A stretch of 32,000 nt of DNA from the NCBI RefSeq assembly GCF_001457595.1, contig NZ_LN831039.1:6951268-6983267 (forward strand). The letters run 5' to 3'. This stretch comes from Mycolicibacterium smegmatis. Its GTDB lineage: Bacteria; Actinomycetota; Actinomycetes; Mycobacteriales; Mycobacteriaceae. The position numbers were made by a program, and so were the translations under genes. How positions within the stretch are numbered: position 1 is the first letter of the stretch; every line of letters begins with the position of its first letter. Of the stretch, positions 8,942 through 17,208 are shown one piece after another. The notes below the pieces were generated by a model. It searched no databases and had not been told where the DNA came from. It saw nothing but the letters and a program-made list of their open reading frames with translations.

Positions 8942-9547
8942 TCAGTTGCGGCTCACGTCGATGGGGTGGGTCGCCAGCAGCGACATCGGCAGCGGCTGAC
9001 GTCGCAGCACACGTCCCCACAGGTCGATCCGCGGCTCGATGAGCACGTCGGAGGGCAACGCCGACAACACGATCCAATCGTCGCGCTCGATCTCGCCGTC
9101 CAGCTGCCCGGTGGTCCAGCCGGAGTATCCCGCGAAGATGCGGACACCCTCGATGACGGGCGCGAGCTCCTCGGGATCGGCGTCGAGATCCACCATCACC
9201 ACACGGCCCTGTACATGCCGCAACCCGTCGACGCCGTCGGCCTGCATGCCGACCCGCAGCGTCGCGAGACACAACGCCGAATCCCGTTTGACCGGGCCGC
9301 CGATGAACATCGTCTTGGGTTTCGCGGTGACCTCGGCCCACTGCGGCAGGACGTTGTAGACAGCGGTCTCACTCGGCCGGTTGAGGATCACCCCGAGCGT
9401 GCCGCCCGAATTGTGCTCGACGATGTAGATGACCGTGCGCCGGAACGTCGGCTCGAGCAGATCGGTGTTGGCGAGCAGCAGTGTTCCCGGGCGTACCCGG
9501 TGGGCCGCAGGGGCGATGAAATCCTCCGGATCCTCTGACTGCGCCAC
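8942..9547 (-). CDS. YqgE/AlgH family protein (UPF0301, Rv0038-like)
   Basis: 201 aa with GTG start at 9547. Family-typical ...LLANTDLLEPTFRRTVIYIVEHNSGGTLGVILNRP... and ...IFAGYSGWTTGQLDGEIERDDW.... Its stop abuts the stop of the convergent gene (TGATCA). Confidence 0.88.
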   Translation of the reverse strand: MAQSEDPEDFIAPAAHRVRPGTLLLANTDLLEPTFRRTVIYIVEHNSGGTLGVILNRPSETAVYNVLPQWAEVTAKPKTMFIGGPVKRDSALCLATLRVGMQADGVDGLRHVQGRVVMVDLDADPEELAPVIEGVRIFAGYSGWTTGQLDGEIERDDWIVLSALPSDVLIEPRIDLWGRVLRRQPLPMSLLATHPIDVSRN

Positions 9548-9682
9548 TCATACATCATGGCACCAGCACCCGCGTGACGTGGCGAACAAATTAAGGCGTG
9601 GCCGGAAATATCCGGATCTTTGTACTGTGGAGCGGGTTGCCGACCGCTGTCTGGACAGCCCCCCGAACAGGACGTGATCTTC

Positions 9683-10969
9683 GTGGTTGACGCTCGCGCG
9701 CCCATCGCCTTGTGGCGGTCGTTGCGGGCCATGACCGAGTTCCGCCGGTTGCTCGAATTGCGCGCGGTCAGCCAGTTCGGTGACGGCCTGTTCCAGGCCG
9801 GCCTGGCCGGGGCCATCCTGTTCAATGTCGAGCGCGCCGCGGGCCCGTGGCAGATCGCGGGTTCGTTCGCGGTGCTGTTCCTGCCGTACTCCGCACTCGG
9901 GCCGTTCGCGGGTGCGCTGCTGGACCGCTGGGACCGGCGTCTGGTGATGATCGGCGCGAACCTCGGGCGGCTGCTGCTCGTGGTGCTCGTGGGCGTGCTG
10001 CTGGCGCTCGGCGCCGGGGATCTGGAGATCCTGTGCTGCGCGCTGATCATCAACGGCTTCACGCGGTTCGTGTCCTCCGGTCTGTCGGCCGCGCTGCCCG
10101 ACGTCGTACCCCGCGGCCAGGTGGTGGCGATGAACTCGGTGGCCACCGCGACCGGGGCGGCCGCGGCGTTTCTCGGCGCCAACTTCATGCTGTTGCCGCG
10201 CTGGCTGTTCGGCGCGGGCGACGCCGGGGCCTCGGTGGTGATCTTCATCGTGCTGATCCCCGTCGCGCTCGCACTGTGGCTCTCGGTGCGGTTCGGCCCG
10301 CACGTGCTGGGCCCGCACGAGAGCAAGCGCGCGATCCACGGGTCGGTGGCCTATGCCGTGTCGACCGGCTGGCTGCACGGCGCCCGCACGGTCGCCTCGG
10401 TCCGCACGGTCGCCGCGACCCTGGGCGGACTGGCCGCGCACCGAGCGGCGTTCGGCATCAACACGCTCATCGTGCTGGTGCTCGTCCGGCACACCGACAC
10501 CCCGACCCAGGTCGCGGGTGTGGGCCTGGGCACGGCCGTGGTGTTCGTGGGGGCGACCGGTGCCGGGACCTTCCTGGCGACGCTGGTGATGCCTGCCGTC
10601 GTCGCGCGTTTCGGCCGCTACGCCACGGCCAACGGCGCGCTCGCGTTCGCCGCGCTGGTGCAGGCCGTCGCGCTGAGCCTGCATCTGCCCGTGATGCTGG
10701 TGTGCGGGTTCCTGCTGGGCGCGGCCGGCCAGTTCGTCAAACTGTGCGCCGACTCGGCGATGCAGATCGACGTCGACGACGCGCTGCGCGGGCACGTGTT
10801 CACGGTGCAGGACGCGCTGTTCTGGATGTCGTTCGTGTGCGCGATCGCCGTCGCGGCGCTTGTGATCGCGCCCGACGGGCATTCACCGGGCCTGGTCGCG
10901 GCGGGTTCGGTGATCTATCTGGCCGGTCTCGGCCTGCACGCCTTCGTCGCCTCCCCGCGGCGGGCCTGA
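9683..10969 (+). CDS. MFS transporter (Rv0037c-like)
   Basis: About 12 predicted TM segments. N-terminal ...[22 protein letters not shown]... is typical of MFS_3/EntS-like exporters. The start is uncertain: GTG 9683 is chosen, with alternatives ATG 9620, GTG 9674 and ATG 9731. Confidence 0.8.
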   Translation: MVDARAPIALWRSLRAMTEFRRLLELRAVSQFGDGLFQAGLAGAILFNVERAAGPWQIAGSFAVLFLPYSALGPFAGALLDRWDRRLVMIGANLGRLLLVVLVGVLLALGAGDLEILCCALIINGFTRFVSSGLSAALPDVVPRGQVVAMNSVATATGAAAAFLGANFMLLPRWLFGAGDAGASVVIFIVLIPVALALWLSVRFGPHVLGPHESKRAIHGSVAYAVSTGWLHGARTVASVRTVAATLGGLAAHRAAFGINTLIVLVLVRHTDTPTQVAGVGLGTAVVFVGATGAGTFLATLVMPAVVARFGRYATANGALAFAALVQAVALSLHLPVMLVCGFLLGAAGQFVKLCADSAMQIDVDDALRGHVFTVQDALFWMSFVCAIAVAALVIAPDGHSPGLVAAGSVIYLAGLGLHAFVASPRRA

Positions 10970-10970
10970 T

Positions 10971-10976
10971 TACGCT
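10971..10976 (+). promoter_or_regulatory. Candidate -10 hexamer TACGCT, 7 nt upstream of ATG 10984
   Basis: TANNNT at 10971-10976; ATG at 10984. Confidence 0.3.
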
Positions 10977-10983
10977 GATCCGC

Positions 10984-11757
10984 ATGGCGGCGGAACCGAT
11001 CGTGGCTGATCTACGGGCCGAGAGCGACGCGCTGGACGCGCTGGTCGCCGACCTGCCCGAGGCGGCCTGGGCGACCGACACCCCGGCACAGGGCTGGACC
11101 ATCGCCCACCAGATCGGGCATCTGCTGTGGACCGATCAGATGGCGCTTCTCGCGGTCACCGACGAGGCGGGCTTCGCCGAGGCCGTCGCGCGGGCCGCGA
11201 CGCACCCGACGGGTTTCGTCGACGAGGGCGCCGCCGCACTCGCCGCGCTGCCCGCGGCGCAACTGCTCGCCGAGTGGCGCACCACGAGGGACCGGCTGCA
11301 CGACGCGCTGCTGGGCGTGGCCGACGGGCGCAAGCTGCCGTGGTTCGGCCCGCCCATGGCCGCTGGTTCGATGGCCACGGCCCGGCTCATGGAGACCTGG
11401 GCGCACGGTCTCGATGTGGCCGACGCGCTCGGGGTGCGCAGGCCCGCGACCGACCGACTGCGTTCGGTGGCCCACATCGGTGTTCGCACACGTGATTTCG
11501 CGTTCAGCGTGCACGGGTTGACCCCGCCGGCCGAGCCGTTCCGGGTGGAGTTGACCGGCCCTTCGGGTGAGCTGTGGGTGTGGGGACCCGAGGACGCCGC
11601 ACAACGCGTGACGGGTGTGGCCGAGGAATTCTGCATGCTGGTGACGCAGCGGCGGGCGCCGTCGCAGTTGGATGTGCACGCGACGGGTCCCGACGCGCAG
11701 ACGTGGCTGACCATCGCGCAGGCCTTCGCGGGGCCGCCGGGCGCCGGGCGGGGCTGA
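10984..11757 (+). CDS. DinB-fold / mycothiol-dependent maleylpyruvate-isomerase-like protein (TIGR03084, Rv0036c-like)
   Basis: 257 aa from ATG 10984 ([47 protein letters not shown]...[14 protein letters not shown]). The N-terminal metal-binding His pattern fits the DinB/MDMPI fold. The upstream part of track ORF 9847..11757 is an alternate frame of the MFS gene. Confidence 0.82.
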   Translation: MAAEPIVADLRAESDALDALVADLPEAAWATDTPAQGWTIAHQIGHLLWTDQMALLAVTDEAGFAEAVARAATHPTGFVDEGAAALAALPAAQLLAEWRTTRDRLHDALLGVADGRKLPWFGPPMAAGSMATARLMETWAHGLDVADALGVRRPATDRLRSVAHIGVRTRDFAFSVHGLTPPAEPFRVELTGPSGELWVWGPEDAAQRVTGVAEEFCMLVTQRRAPSQLDVHATGPDAQTWLTIAQAFAGPPGAGRG

Positions 11758-11776
11758 CTCGGCTCGTCAGTTCGTT

Positions 11777-11833
11777 CGAGTGTTGGCTTGTGTGCGAACT
11801 TTTCGCGAGATCTCGCACACAAGCCAACACTCG
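11777..11833. terminator. Perfect 21-bp inverted repeat (15-nt spacer); probable bidirectional factor-independent terminator or palindromic element
   Basis: Arms CGAGTGTTGGCTTGTGTGCGA (11777-11797) and TCGCACACAAGCCAACACTCG (11813-11833) are exact reverse complements. The element lies 19 nt after the + gene stop (11757) and 15 nt after the - gene stop (11849). No U-tract on either side. Confidence 0.5.
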
Positions 11834-11848
11834 GCGCGGATAACGTGC

Positions 11849-12346
11849 CTAGAGAGGGGCGGCGGAATCGGCGCGGCCGTCACCGTCGGAGTCGACGAGC
11901 CTGAGGTCCCAGCGGCCGTCGCGGTCGGTGTCGACGTGCGCCGAACCGTCGGAGTGCACCTGGTCGGCCAGCCCGTCGCCGTCGGTGTCGACCAGCCGGT
12001 CGTCGACCGCACCGTCGGCATCGAAGTCCACCAATACACCTGTGCTGCTTGTGTTTTCCACACCGTCGAGGCCGAACCAGCGGATCTGGCGGTCGACGCT
12101 CACCGCCCACGTACCTGAGCCGTCGTCGGTGTAGTAGCTCTCGGCGTGGCCGTCGTCGTCGAGGTCACGCAGCAGATGGTCGGCCACACCGTCGTCGTCG
12201 AGATCGGCGAGCACGTCGTCGGTGCGTCCGTCGCCGTCGAAGTCGAGGCCGACGCCGTCGGGGACGCCGTCACCGTCGGTGTCGATCGCGGGCGGCGCGG
12301 TCCACATGGTGGCCGTGCCGTCGGGGTCACCCAGGCAGTAATCCAT
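11849..12346 (-). CDS. Acidic protein with eight DxDxDG calcium-binding-like repeats (Rv3906c-like), function unknown
   Basis: 165 aa with ATG at 12346, 18 nt downstream of the pcnA stop. The motif D-x-D-x-D-G-x-x-D/E occurs 8 times. No signal peptide or TM segment seen. Confidence 0.75.
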   Translation of the reverse strand: MDYCLGDPDGTATMWTAPPAIDTDGDGVPDGVGLDFDGDGRTDDVLADLDDDGVADHLLRDLDDDGHAESYYTDDGSGTWAVSVDRQIRWFGLDGVENTSSTGVLVDFDADGAVDDRLVDTDGDGLADQVHSDGSAHVDTDRDGRWDLRLVDSDGDGRADSAAPL

Positions 12347-12364
12347 GACTGATTCGACGCACGA

Positions 12365-13807
12365 TCAGCCTCTCGCGTTCCACCATTTCAGCAATTCGTC
12401 GACGGCCTCGTCGTGGCTCAGCGGCCCGCGCTCCAGGCGCAGCTCCTTGAGGTACTTCCACGCCTCGCCGACCTGCGGGCCGGGCGGGATGCCGAGGATC
12501 TGCATGATCTCGTTGCCGTCCAGGTCAGGACGCACCCGCTGCAGATCCTCTTTCGCCGCGAGTTCGGCGATACGGGCCTCGAGATCGTCGTAGTTGGCAC
12601 GCAACCGCGCGGCGCGGCGCTTGTTGCGGGTCGTGCAGTCGGCGCGGACCAGCTTGTGCAGCCGGCTCAGCAGCGGACCCGCATCGGTGACGTAGCGGCG
12701 CACGGCCGAGTCGGTCCACTTGCCGTCGCCGTACCCGTGGAACCGCAGATGCAGATAGACCAGCTGCGAGACGTCCTCGACCATCTGCTTGGAGTACTTC
12801 AGCGCCCGCATGCGCTTGCGGACCATCTTGGCGCCCACCACCTCGTGGTGGTGAAAGCTCACTCCCCCGTCCGGCTCGTGCTTGCGCGTGGCGGGCTTGC
12901 CGATGTCGTGCAGCAGTGCGGCCCACCGCAACACCAGGTCCGGACCGTCGTCCTCGAGGTCGATCGCCTGGCGCAGCACGGTCAGCGAGTGCCAGTACAC
13001 GTCCTTGTGCTGGTGATGTTCGTCGATCGCCATACGCATCTCGCCGACCTCGGGCAGCACCACCGCGCCCATGCCGGTCTGCACCATGAGGTCGATGCCC
13101 GCGACCGGGTCGGCGCCCAGCAGCAGCTTGTCGAGTTCGGCCGCGACGCGTTCGGCCGTGATCCGCTCCAGTTGTGGCGCCATCTCGATGAGCGCCTCGA
13201 GCACGCGCGGCGCGACCGAGAACCCCAGTTGTGAGACGAACCTCGCCGCACGGAGCATGCGCAGCGGATCGTCACCGAACGACACCTCCGGCGCCGACGG
13301 GGTGTCGAGCACCTTGTCGCGCGCGGCCGCGAGCCCGCCGAGCGGATCGTGGAACTCGCCCGGCCCGTCGGCCGTGATGCGCACCGCCATGGCGTTGATC
13401 GTGAAGTCACGACGCACCAGGTCGTCGCCGAGGTTGTCACCGAACTCGACCGTGGGGTTGCGCGACACCTGGTCGTAGCTGTCGGCGCGGAACGTCGTGA
13501 TCTCGAGGCGGTCGTCGCCCTTGCCGACGCCGATGGTGCCGAACTCGATGCCGGTGTCCCACAGCGCGTCGGACCAGCCGCGCAGGAATTTCTGCATCTG
13601 CTCGGGGCGCGCGTCGGTGGTGAAGTCGAGGTCGCTGTTCTCGGTGAGCCTGCCGAGCAGCGCGTCGCGCACACTCCCGCCCACCAGGTACAGCTCGTGG
13701 CCTGCGGCAGCGAACACCGCGCCGAGCTCGCGCAGGACCCCGGCGCGGCGGTTCAACGCAACCAGCGCACCGGCCAGCAGTTCGGCAGTAGCAGCAGCTT
13801 CGGGCAC
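12365..13807 (-). CDS. pcnA: CCA-adding tRNA nucleotidyltransferase / poly(A) polymerase family (PcnA)
   Basis: GTG 13807 gives a 480-aa protein (VPEAAATAELLAGALVALNRRAGVLRELGAVFAAAGHELYLVGGSVRDALLGRL...). It has the nucleotidyltransferase GGxVRD motif and an HD domain (LLHDIGKP). Length and N-terminus match my recollection of Rv3907c. The upstream 377 codons of the track ORF are antisense to mutT4. Confidence 0.92.
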   Translation of the reverse strand: MPEAAATAELLAGALVALNRRAGVLRELGAVFAAAGHELYLVGGSVRDALLGRLTENSDLDFTTDARPEQMQKFLRGWSDALWDTGIEFGTIGVGKGDDRLEITTFRADSYDQVSRNPTVEFGDNLGDDLVRRDFTINAMAVRITADGPGEFHDPLGGLAAARDKVLDTPSAPEVSFGDDPLRMLRAARFVSQLGFSVAPRVLEALIEMAPQLERITAERVAAELDKLLLGADPVAGIDLMVQTGMGAVVLPEVGEMRMAIDEHHQHKDVYWHSLTVLRQAIDLEDDGPDLVLRWAALLHDIGKPATRKHEPDGGVSFHHHEVVGAKMVRKRMRALKYSKQMVEDVSQLVYLHLRFHGYGDGKWTDSAVRRYVTDAGPLLSRLHKLVRADCTTRNKRRAARLRANYDDLEARIAELAAKEDLQRVRPDLDGNEIMQILGIPPGPQVGEAWKYLKELRLERGPLSHDEAVDELLKWWNARG

Positions 13808-13815
13808 GTTCGATG

Positions 13816-13821
13816 AGCCTA
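13816..13821 (-). promoter_or_regulatory. Candidate -10 hexamer TAGGCT (minus strand), 8 nt upstream of the pcnA GTG 13807
   Basis: Plus-strand agccta at 13816-13821. Confidence 0.3.
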
Positions 13822-13878
13822 ATGCGCGCCGCGCACGCGCTACCGGCGAGTGCGGCAGGAGCCGACCCGCGTGGCAGC

Positions 13879-13884
13879 TACTAT
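13879..13884 (+). promoter_or_regulatory. Candidate -10 hexamer TACTAT, 7 nt upstream of the mutT4 GTG 13892
   Basis: TANNNT at 13879-13884; GTG at 13892. Confidence 0.4.
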
Positions 13885-13891
13885 CGCTTGG

Positions 13892-14785
13892 GTGTCCGAC
13901 GGCGAACAGGCCAAACCACGACGACGCCGAGGCCGGCGCCGTGGTCATCGCCGTGCGCAACGGGCAGCAGGCCCACCCGCCGCAGGTGCCGAGCATCACA
14001 CCGAACCCGCGGCGGACGCGCGCACCGAGAGCCGTGCCGACACCCGTTCCGACACCTCGTCCGCGCCGACGCCCGCCACGCAACCAGGTGAGAAGAAACC
14101 CGGCCCAGGCCGTGGCTCGCGTGCCGGCGCCGCCAAACCGACACCCAAGGACCAGCCCAAGCAGCGCAAGAACCGGCCACGCCGGCCACCGGACCGGTTG
14201 CGCACCGTGCACGAGACGTCGGCAGGCGGTCTGGTCATCGACGGCATCGACGGCCCCAAGGATTCGCAGGTCGCGGCGCTGATCGGGCGGCTCGACCGGC
14301 GCGGCCGCATGCTGTGGTCGCTGCCCAAGGGCCACATCGAACTCGGCGAGACCGCCGAGCAGACCGCGATCCGCGAGGTGGCCGAGGAGACCGGGATCCA
14401 GGGCAGCGTGCTGGCCGCGCTCGGCAGCATCGACTACTGGTTCGTCACCGAGGGCCGTCGCGTGCACAAGACCGTGCACCACTACCTCATGCGCTTCTTG
14501 GGCGGTGAGCTCTCCGACGACGACGTCGAGGTCACCGAGGTCGCCTGGGTGCCGCTGCGCGAACTGCCCTCCCGCCTGGCGTACGCCGACGAGCGCAGGC
14601 TGGCCGAAGTGGCCGGCGAGCTGATCGACAAGCTGCACACCGGTGGTCCGGCGGCCCTGCCGCCGCTGCCCCACAGTGCGCCGCGGCGACGCGCACAGAC
14701 GCATTCCCACACCCGCAACCGCCGCGACGACACAGCTCAGCCCCAGGCCCGCCGGCGCACGAACGGATGCGGACAGGGACCGTGA
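13892..14785 (+). CDS. mutT4: Nudix hydrolase MutT4 with Arg-rich disordered N-terminus
   Basis: GTG 13892 gives (M)[17 protein letters not shown]..., the N-terminus I recall for Rv3908. Nudix box [23 protein letters not shown]. Track start is GTG 13850. Confidence 0.88.
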   Translation: MSDGEQAKPRRRRGRRRGHRRAQRAAGPPAAGAEHHTEPAADARTESRADTRSDTSSAPTPATQPGEKKPGPGRGSRAGAAKPTPKDQPKQRKNRPRRPPDRLRTVHETSAGGLVIDGIDGPKDSQVAALIGRLDRRGRMLWSLPKGHIELGETAEQTAIREVAEETGIQGSVLAALGSIDYWFVTEGRRVHKTVHHYLMRFLGGELSDDDVEVTEVAWVPLRELPSRLAYADERRLAEVAGELIDKLHTGGPAALPPLPHSAPRRRAQTHSHTRNRRDDTAQPQARRRTNGCGQGP

Positions 14786-17208
14786 CCCGGGCCGGCTACA
14801 GGGTCGTGCGGGTCCTGCTGGTGACGGCGATCGTTGCACTGCTGACGATGATCGTCGGCCCACCCGATCTGCTGCCGCGCGCCGCGGCACACACCGACGA
14901 GGCGCGGTTCCTCCAGATCCACATCGACCGGATCTCACCGGACCTCGTCACCACGACGAGCGACTCGACCGTCACCGTGAGCGGCGTCGTACAGAACGTC
15001 GGCGACCGCCCCGTGCGCGACGTCGTCATCCGGATGGAGCACGCCCGCGCGGTGACCTCGTCGACGCAGCTGCGCACCGACCTGAGCGGCAACCTGGACC
15101 AGTTCGAACCGGTCGCCGAGTTCGTCACGGTCGCCACCGAGATGCAGCGCGGGCAGTCCGTCCCGTTCACGCTGTCGTATCCCCTGCGGGCAGGCGACCG
15201 CCCCTCACTCGGTGTGCAACAGCCCGGTGTGTACCCCGTGCTGATCAACGTCAACGGCACACCCGACTACGGCGCCCCGGCCCGCCTCGACGACGCACGG
15301 TTTCTGCTGCCGGTCCTCGGCGTCCCGCCCGACCAGCCGACCGAGGCCGCATCGGCCGCCGACAACCTCAACTCCGTGGTCCCGCCGGACACGTCCGACC
15401 CCGTGCAGCTGACCGTGCTGTGGCCACTGGCCGACCGGCCGCGGCTCGCGGCGGGCGCGCCCGGCGGCACCACCCCGGTGCGGCTGGTCGACGACGAACT
15501 CGCCACCGAGCTGGCACCCGGCGGGCGTCTGGACACGCTGCTCTCGGCGGTGGACTTCGCGACCGGCCCGACCGTCGACTCCTCGGGTCAGGTGCGCGCG
15601 GCGCTGTGCCTCGCGGTGGACCCGGACCTGCTGGTCACCGTCAACGCGATGACCGCGGGTTACGTCGTCAACGACGGACCCGATGCCGGACGGTTCACGC
15701 CCACACGTCCCGGCGCCGGGCAGGAGGCCGCGATCGCGTGGCTCAACCGGCTGCGCGGGCTGGCCCAGCGCATGTGCGTCGCCCCGACCACCTACGCCCA
15801 GGCCGACCTCGCGGCGCTGCACCGCGTCGGCGACCGCGGGCTCAGCGCGATCGCCACCACGAGCCCCGCCGACATCGTCGACCGGATCCTCGGCGTCCGG
15901 ACCATCCGCGGCGCCACGCTCGTCGGCGACGGTCCCCTGACCCGGCCCGCCCTCGACCTGCTCACGTCGCAGGGCAACCGGACCGTGGCGATCGGGGCCA
16001 CCCCCGTCTCCACTGAGGAGACCGGTACGCCGCAGAGCGCCGACCTCACGCCGCTGCGCTACAGCCCGACCGTGTCGGTGGCGCCTTTCGACCCGGCGGT
16101 CGGTGCGGCCCTGGCCGGTGCGGGCACCGATCCGGTTTCGCCGTCCTACCTGGACCCCTCGCTGGACATCCCCGTCGACCACGACTCGCAGATCGCGCGA
16201 CGGCAGTCGGCACTGGGCGCCCTGCTGTGGCGCGGGCTGTCCCCCGAGCTCACCCCGCGCACGCAGATCGTCATGCCGCCGCTGGTGTGGAGCCTGGGGC
16301 CCGATGATGCGCAGGCCATCCTCACCACCATCGCGACGACGATCCACGCGGGGCTGGCCGTGCCCCGTCCGCTCGGTGCCGTGATCGCGCAGGGCGACGC
16401 GCTGCCCGCCGAACCGGCACAACCGGCACCCGAGGCGTTCGGCAATCCGGCCGGCCGCTTCGACGACGACATCATCGGCGGCATCGCGGGCGTGACGGGC
16501 CGGTTGTGGGGTCTGACATCGGCGCTGACCACCGATGAACGCACCGGCCTGACCGGCGTGCAGTACACCGCGCCGCTGCGGGAGGACATGCTGCGCGCGC
16601 TGAGCCAGTCGGTGCCGGCCGCGGCCCGCAACGCCGAGGCACGCCAGCGTCTGGGCACGGTGGTGCGCAGCGTCAACGACATGTTCGCCGCGGTCACGGT
16701 CGTCAACCCGGGCGGCGCCTACACGCTGGCCACCGAACGCAGCCCGTTGCCGATGGCGCTGCGCAACGACCTCCCGGTGCCCATCCGGGTGCGCCTGCAC
16801 ATCAACGCACCGCCGGGCATGACGGTCACCGACATGGGCGAGATCGAGCTGCCGCCCGGCTACCTACCGCTGCGCGTGCCCATCGAGGTGCACTTCACGC
16901 AACGCGTCGCCGTCGACGTCACCCTGCAGACCGTCGACGGGCTCCCCCTCGGCGAGCCCGTCCGGTTGTCGGTGCACTCCAACGCCTACGGCAAGGTGCT
17001 GTTCTTCATCACGCTGTCGGCCGGTGCCGTGCTGTTCCTGCTCGCGGGCCGGCGGCTGTGGCACCGGTTCCGCGGCCAGCCCGACCGCGCCGACCTGACC
17101 CCGCCCGGCGAGCACCACGACCCGCTGGAGGTCGCGCTGGCGTTCGGCGAGGCCGACACGTCGAACACCCCGGACGCCGCCGACACCCCCGCGGACGGGC
17201 GGCGATGA
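14767..17208 (+). CDS. Conserved membrane-anchored protein of unknown function (Rv3909-like)
   Basis: 813 aa. N-terminal TM/signal anchor [19 protein letters not shown], a large extracytoplasmic region, a C-terminal [20 protein letters not shown] and an acidic tail. ATG 14767 overlaps the mutT4 3' end by 19 nt; the alternative GTG 14782 forms a GTGA overlap. Stop 17206-17208 overlaps the murJ ATG. Confidence 0.8.
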   Translation: MRTGTVTRAGYRVVRVLLVTAIVALLTMIVGPPDLLPRAAAHTDEARFLQIHIDRISPDLVTTTSDSTVTVSGVVQNVGDRPVRDVVIRMEHARAVTSSTQLRTDLSGNLDQFEPVAEFVTVATEMQRGQSVPFTLSYPLRAGDRPSLGVQQPGVYPVLINVNGTPDYGAPARLDDARFLLPVLGVPPDQPTEAASAADNLNSVVPPDTSDPVQLTVLWPLADRPRLAAGAPGGTTPVRLVDDELATELAPGGRLDTLLSAVDFATGPTVDSSGQVRAALCLAVDPDLLVTVNAMTAGYVVNDGPDAGRFTPTRPGAGQEAAIAWLNRLRGLAQRMCVAPTTYAQADLAALHRVGDRGLSAIATTSPADIVDRILGVRTIRGATLVGDGPLTRPALDLLTSQGNRTVAIGATPVSTEETGTPQSADLTPLRYSPTVSVAPFDPAVGAALAGAGTDPVSPSYLDPSLDIPVDHDSQIARRQSALGALLWRGLSPELTPRTQIVMPPLVWSLGPDDAQAILTTIATTIHAGLAVPRPLGAVIAQGDALPAEPAQPAPEAFGNPAGRFDDDIIGGIAGVTGRLWGLTSALTTDERTGLTGVQYTAPLREDMLRALSQSVPAAARNAEARQRLGTVVRSVNDMFAAVTVVNPGGAYTLATERSPLPMALRNDLPVPIRVRLHINAPPGMTVTDMGEIELPPGYLPLRVPIEVHFTQRVAVDVTLQTVDGLPLGEPVRLSVHSNAYGKVLFFITLSAGAVLFLLAGRRLWHRFRGQPDRADLTPPGEHHDPLEVALAFGEADTSNTPDAADTPADGRR

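Noticed and set aside
9548-10882. 444-aa minus-strand ORF (and 9388..10326) antisense to the MFS transporter
   Set aside because: His/Arg/Gly/Gln-rich nonsense-like sequence. The plus-strand frame gives a clean multi-TM MFS protein.
15205-16800. 531-aa minus-strand ORF (and the 457-aa plus-strand ORF 14643..16016) over the Rv3909-like gene
   Set aside because: These are alternate-frame or antisense ORFs with Arg/Gly/Asp-rich composition and no motifs. The Rv3909-like frame is supported by synteny, TM anchors and stop/start coupling with mutT4 and murJ.
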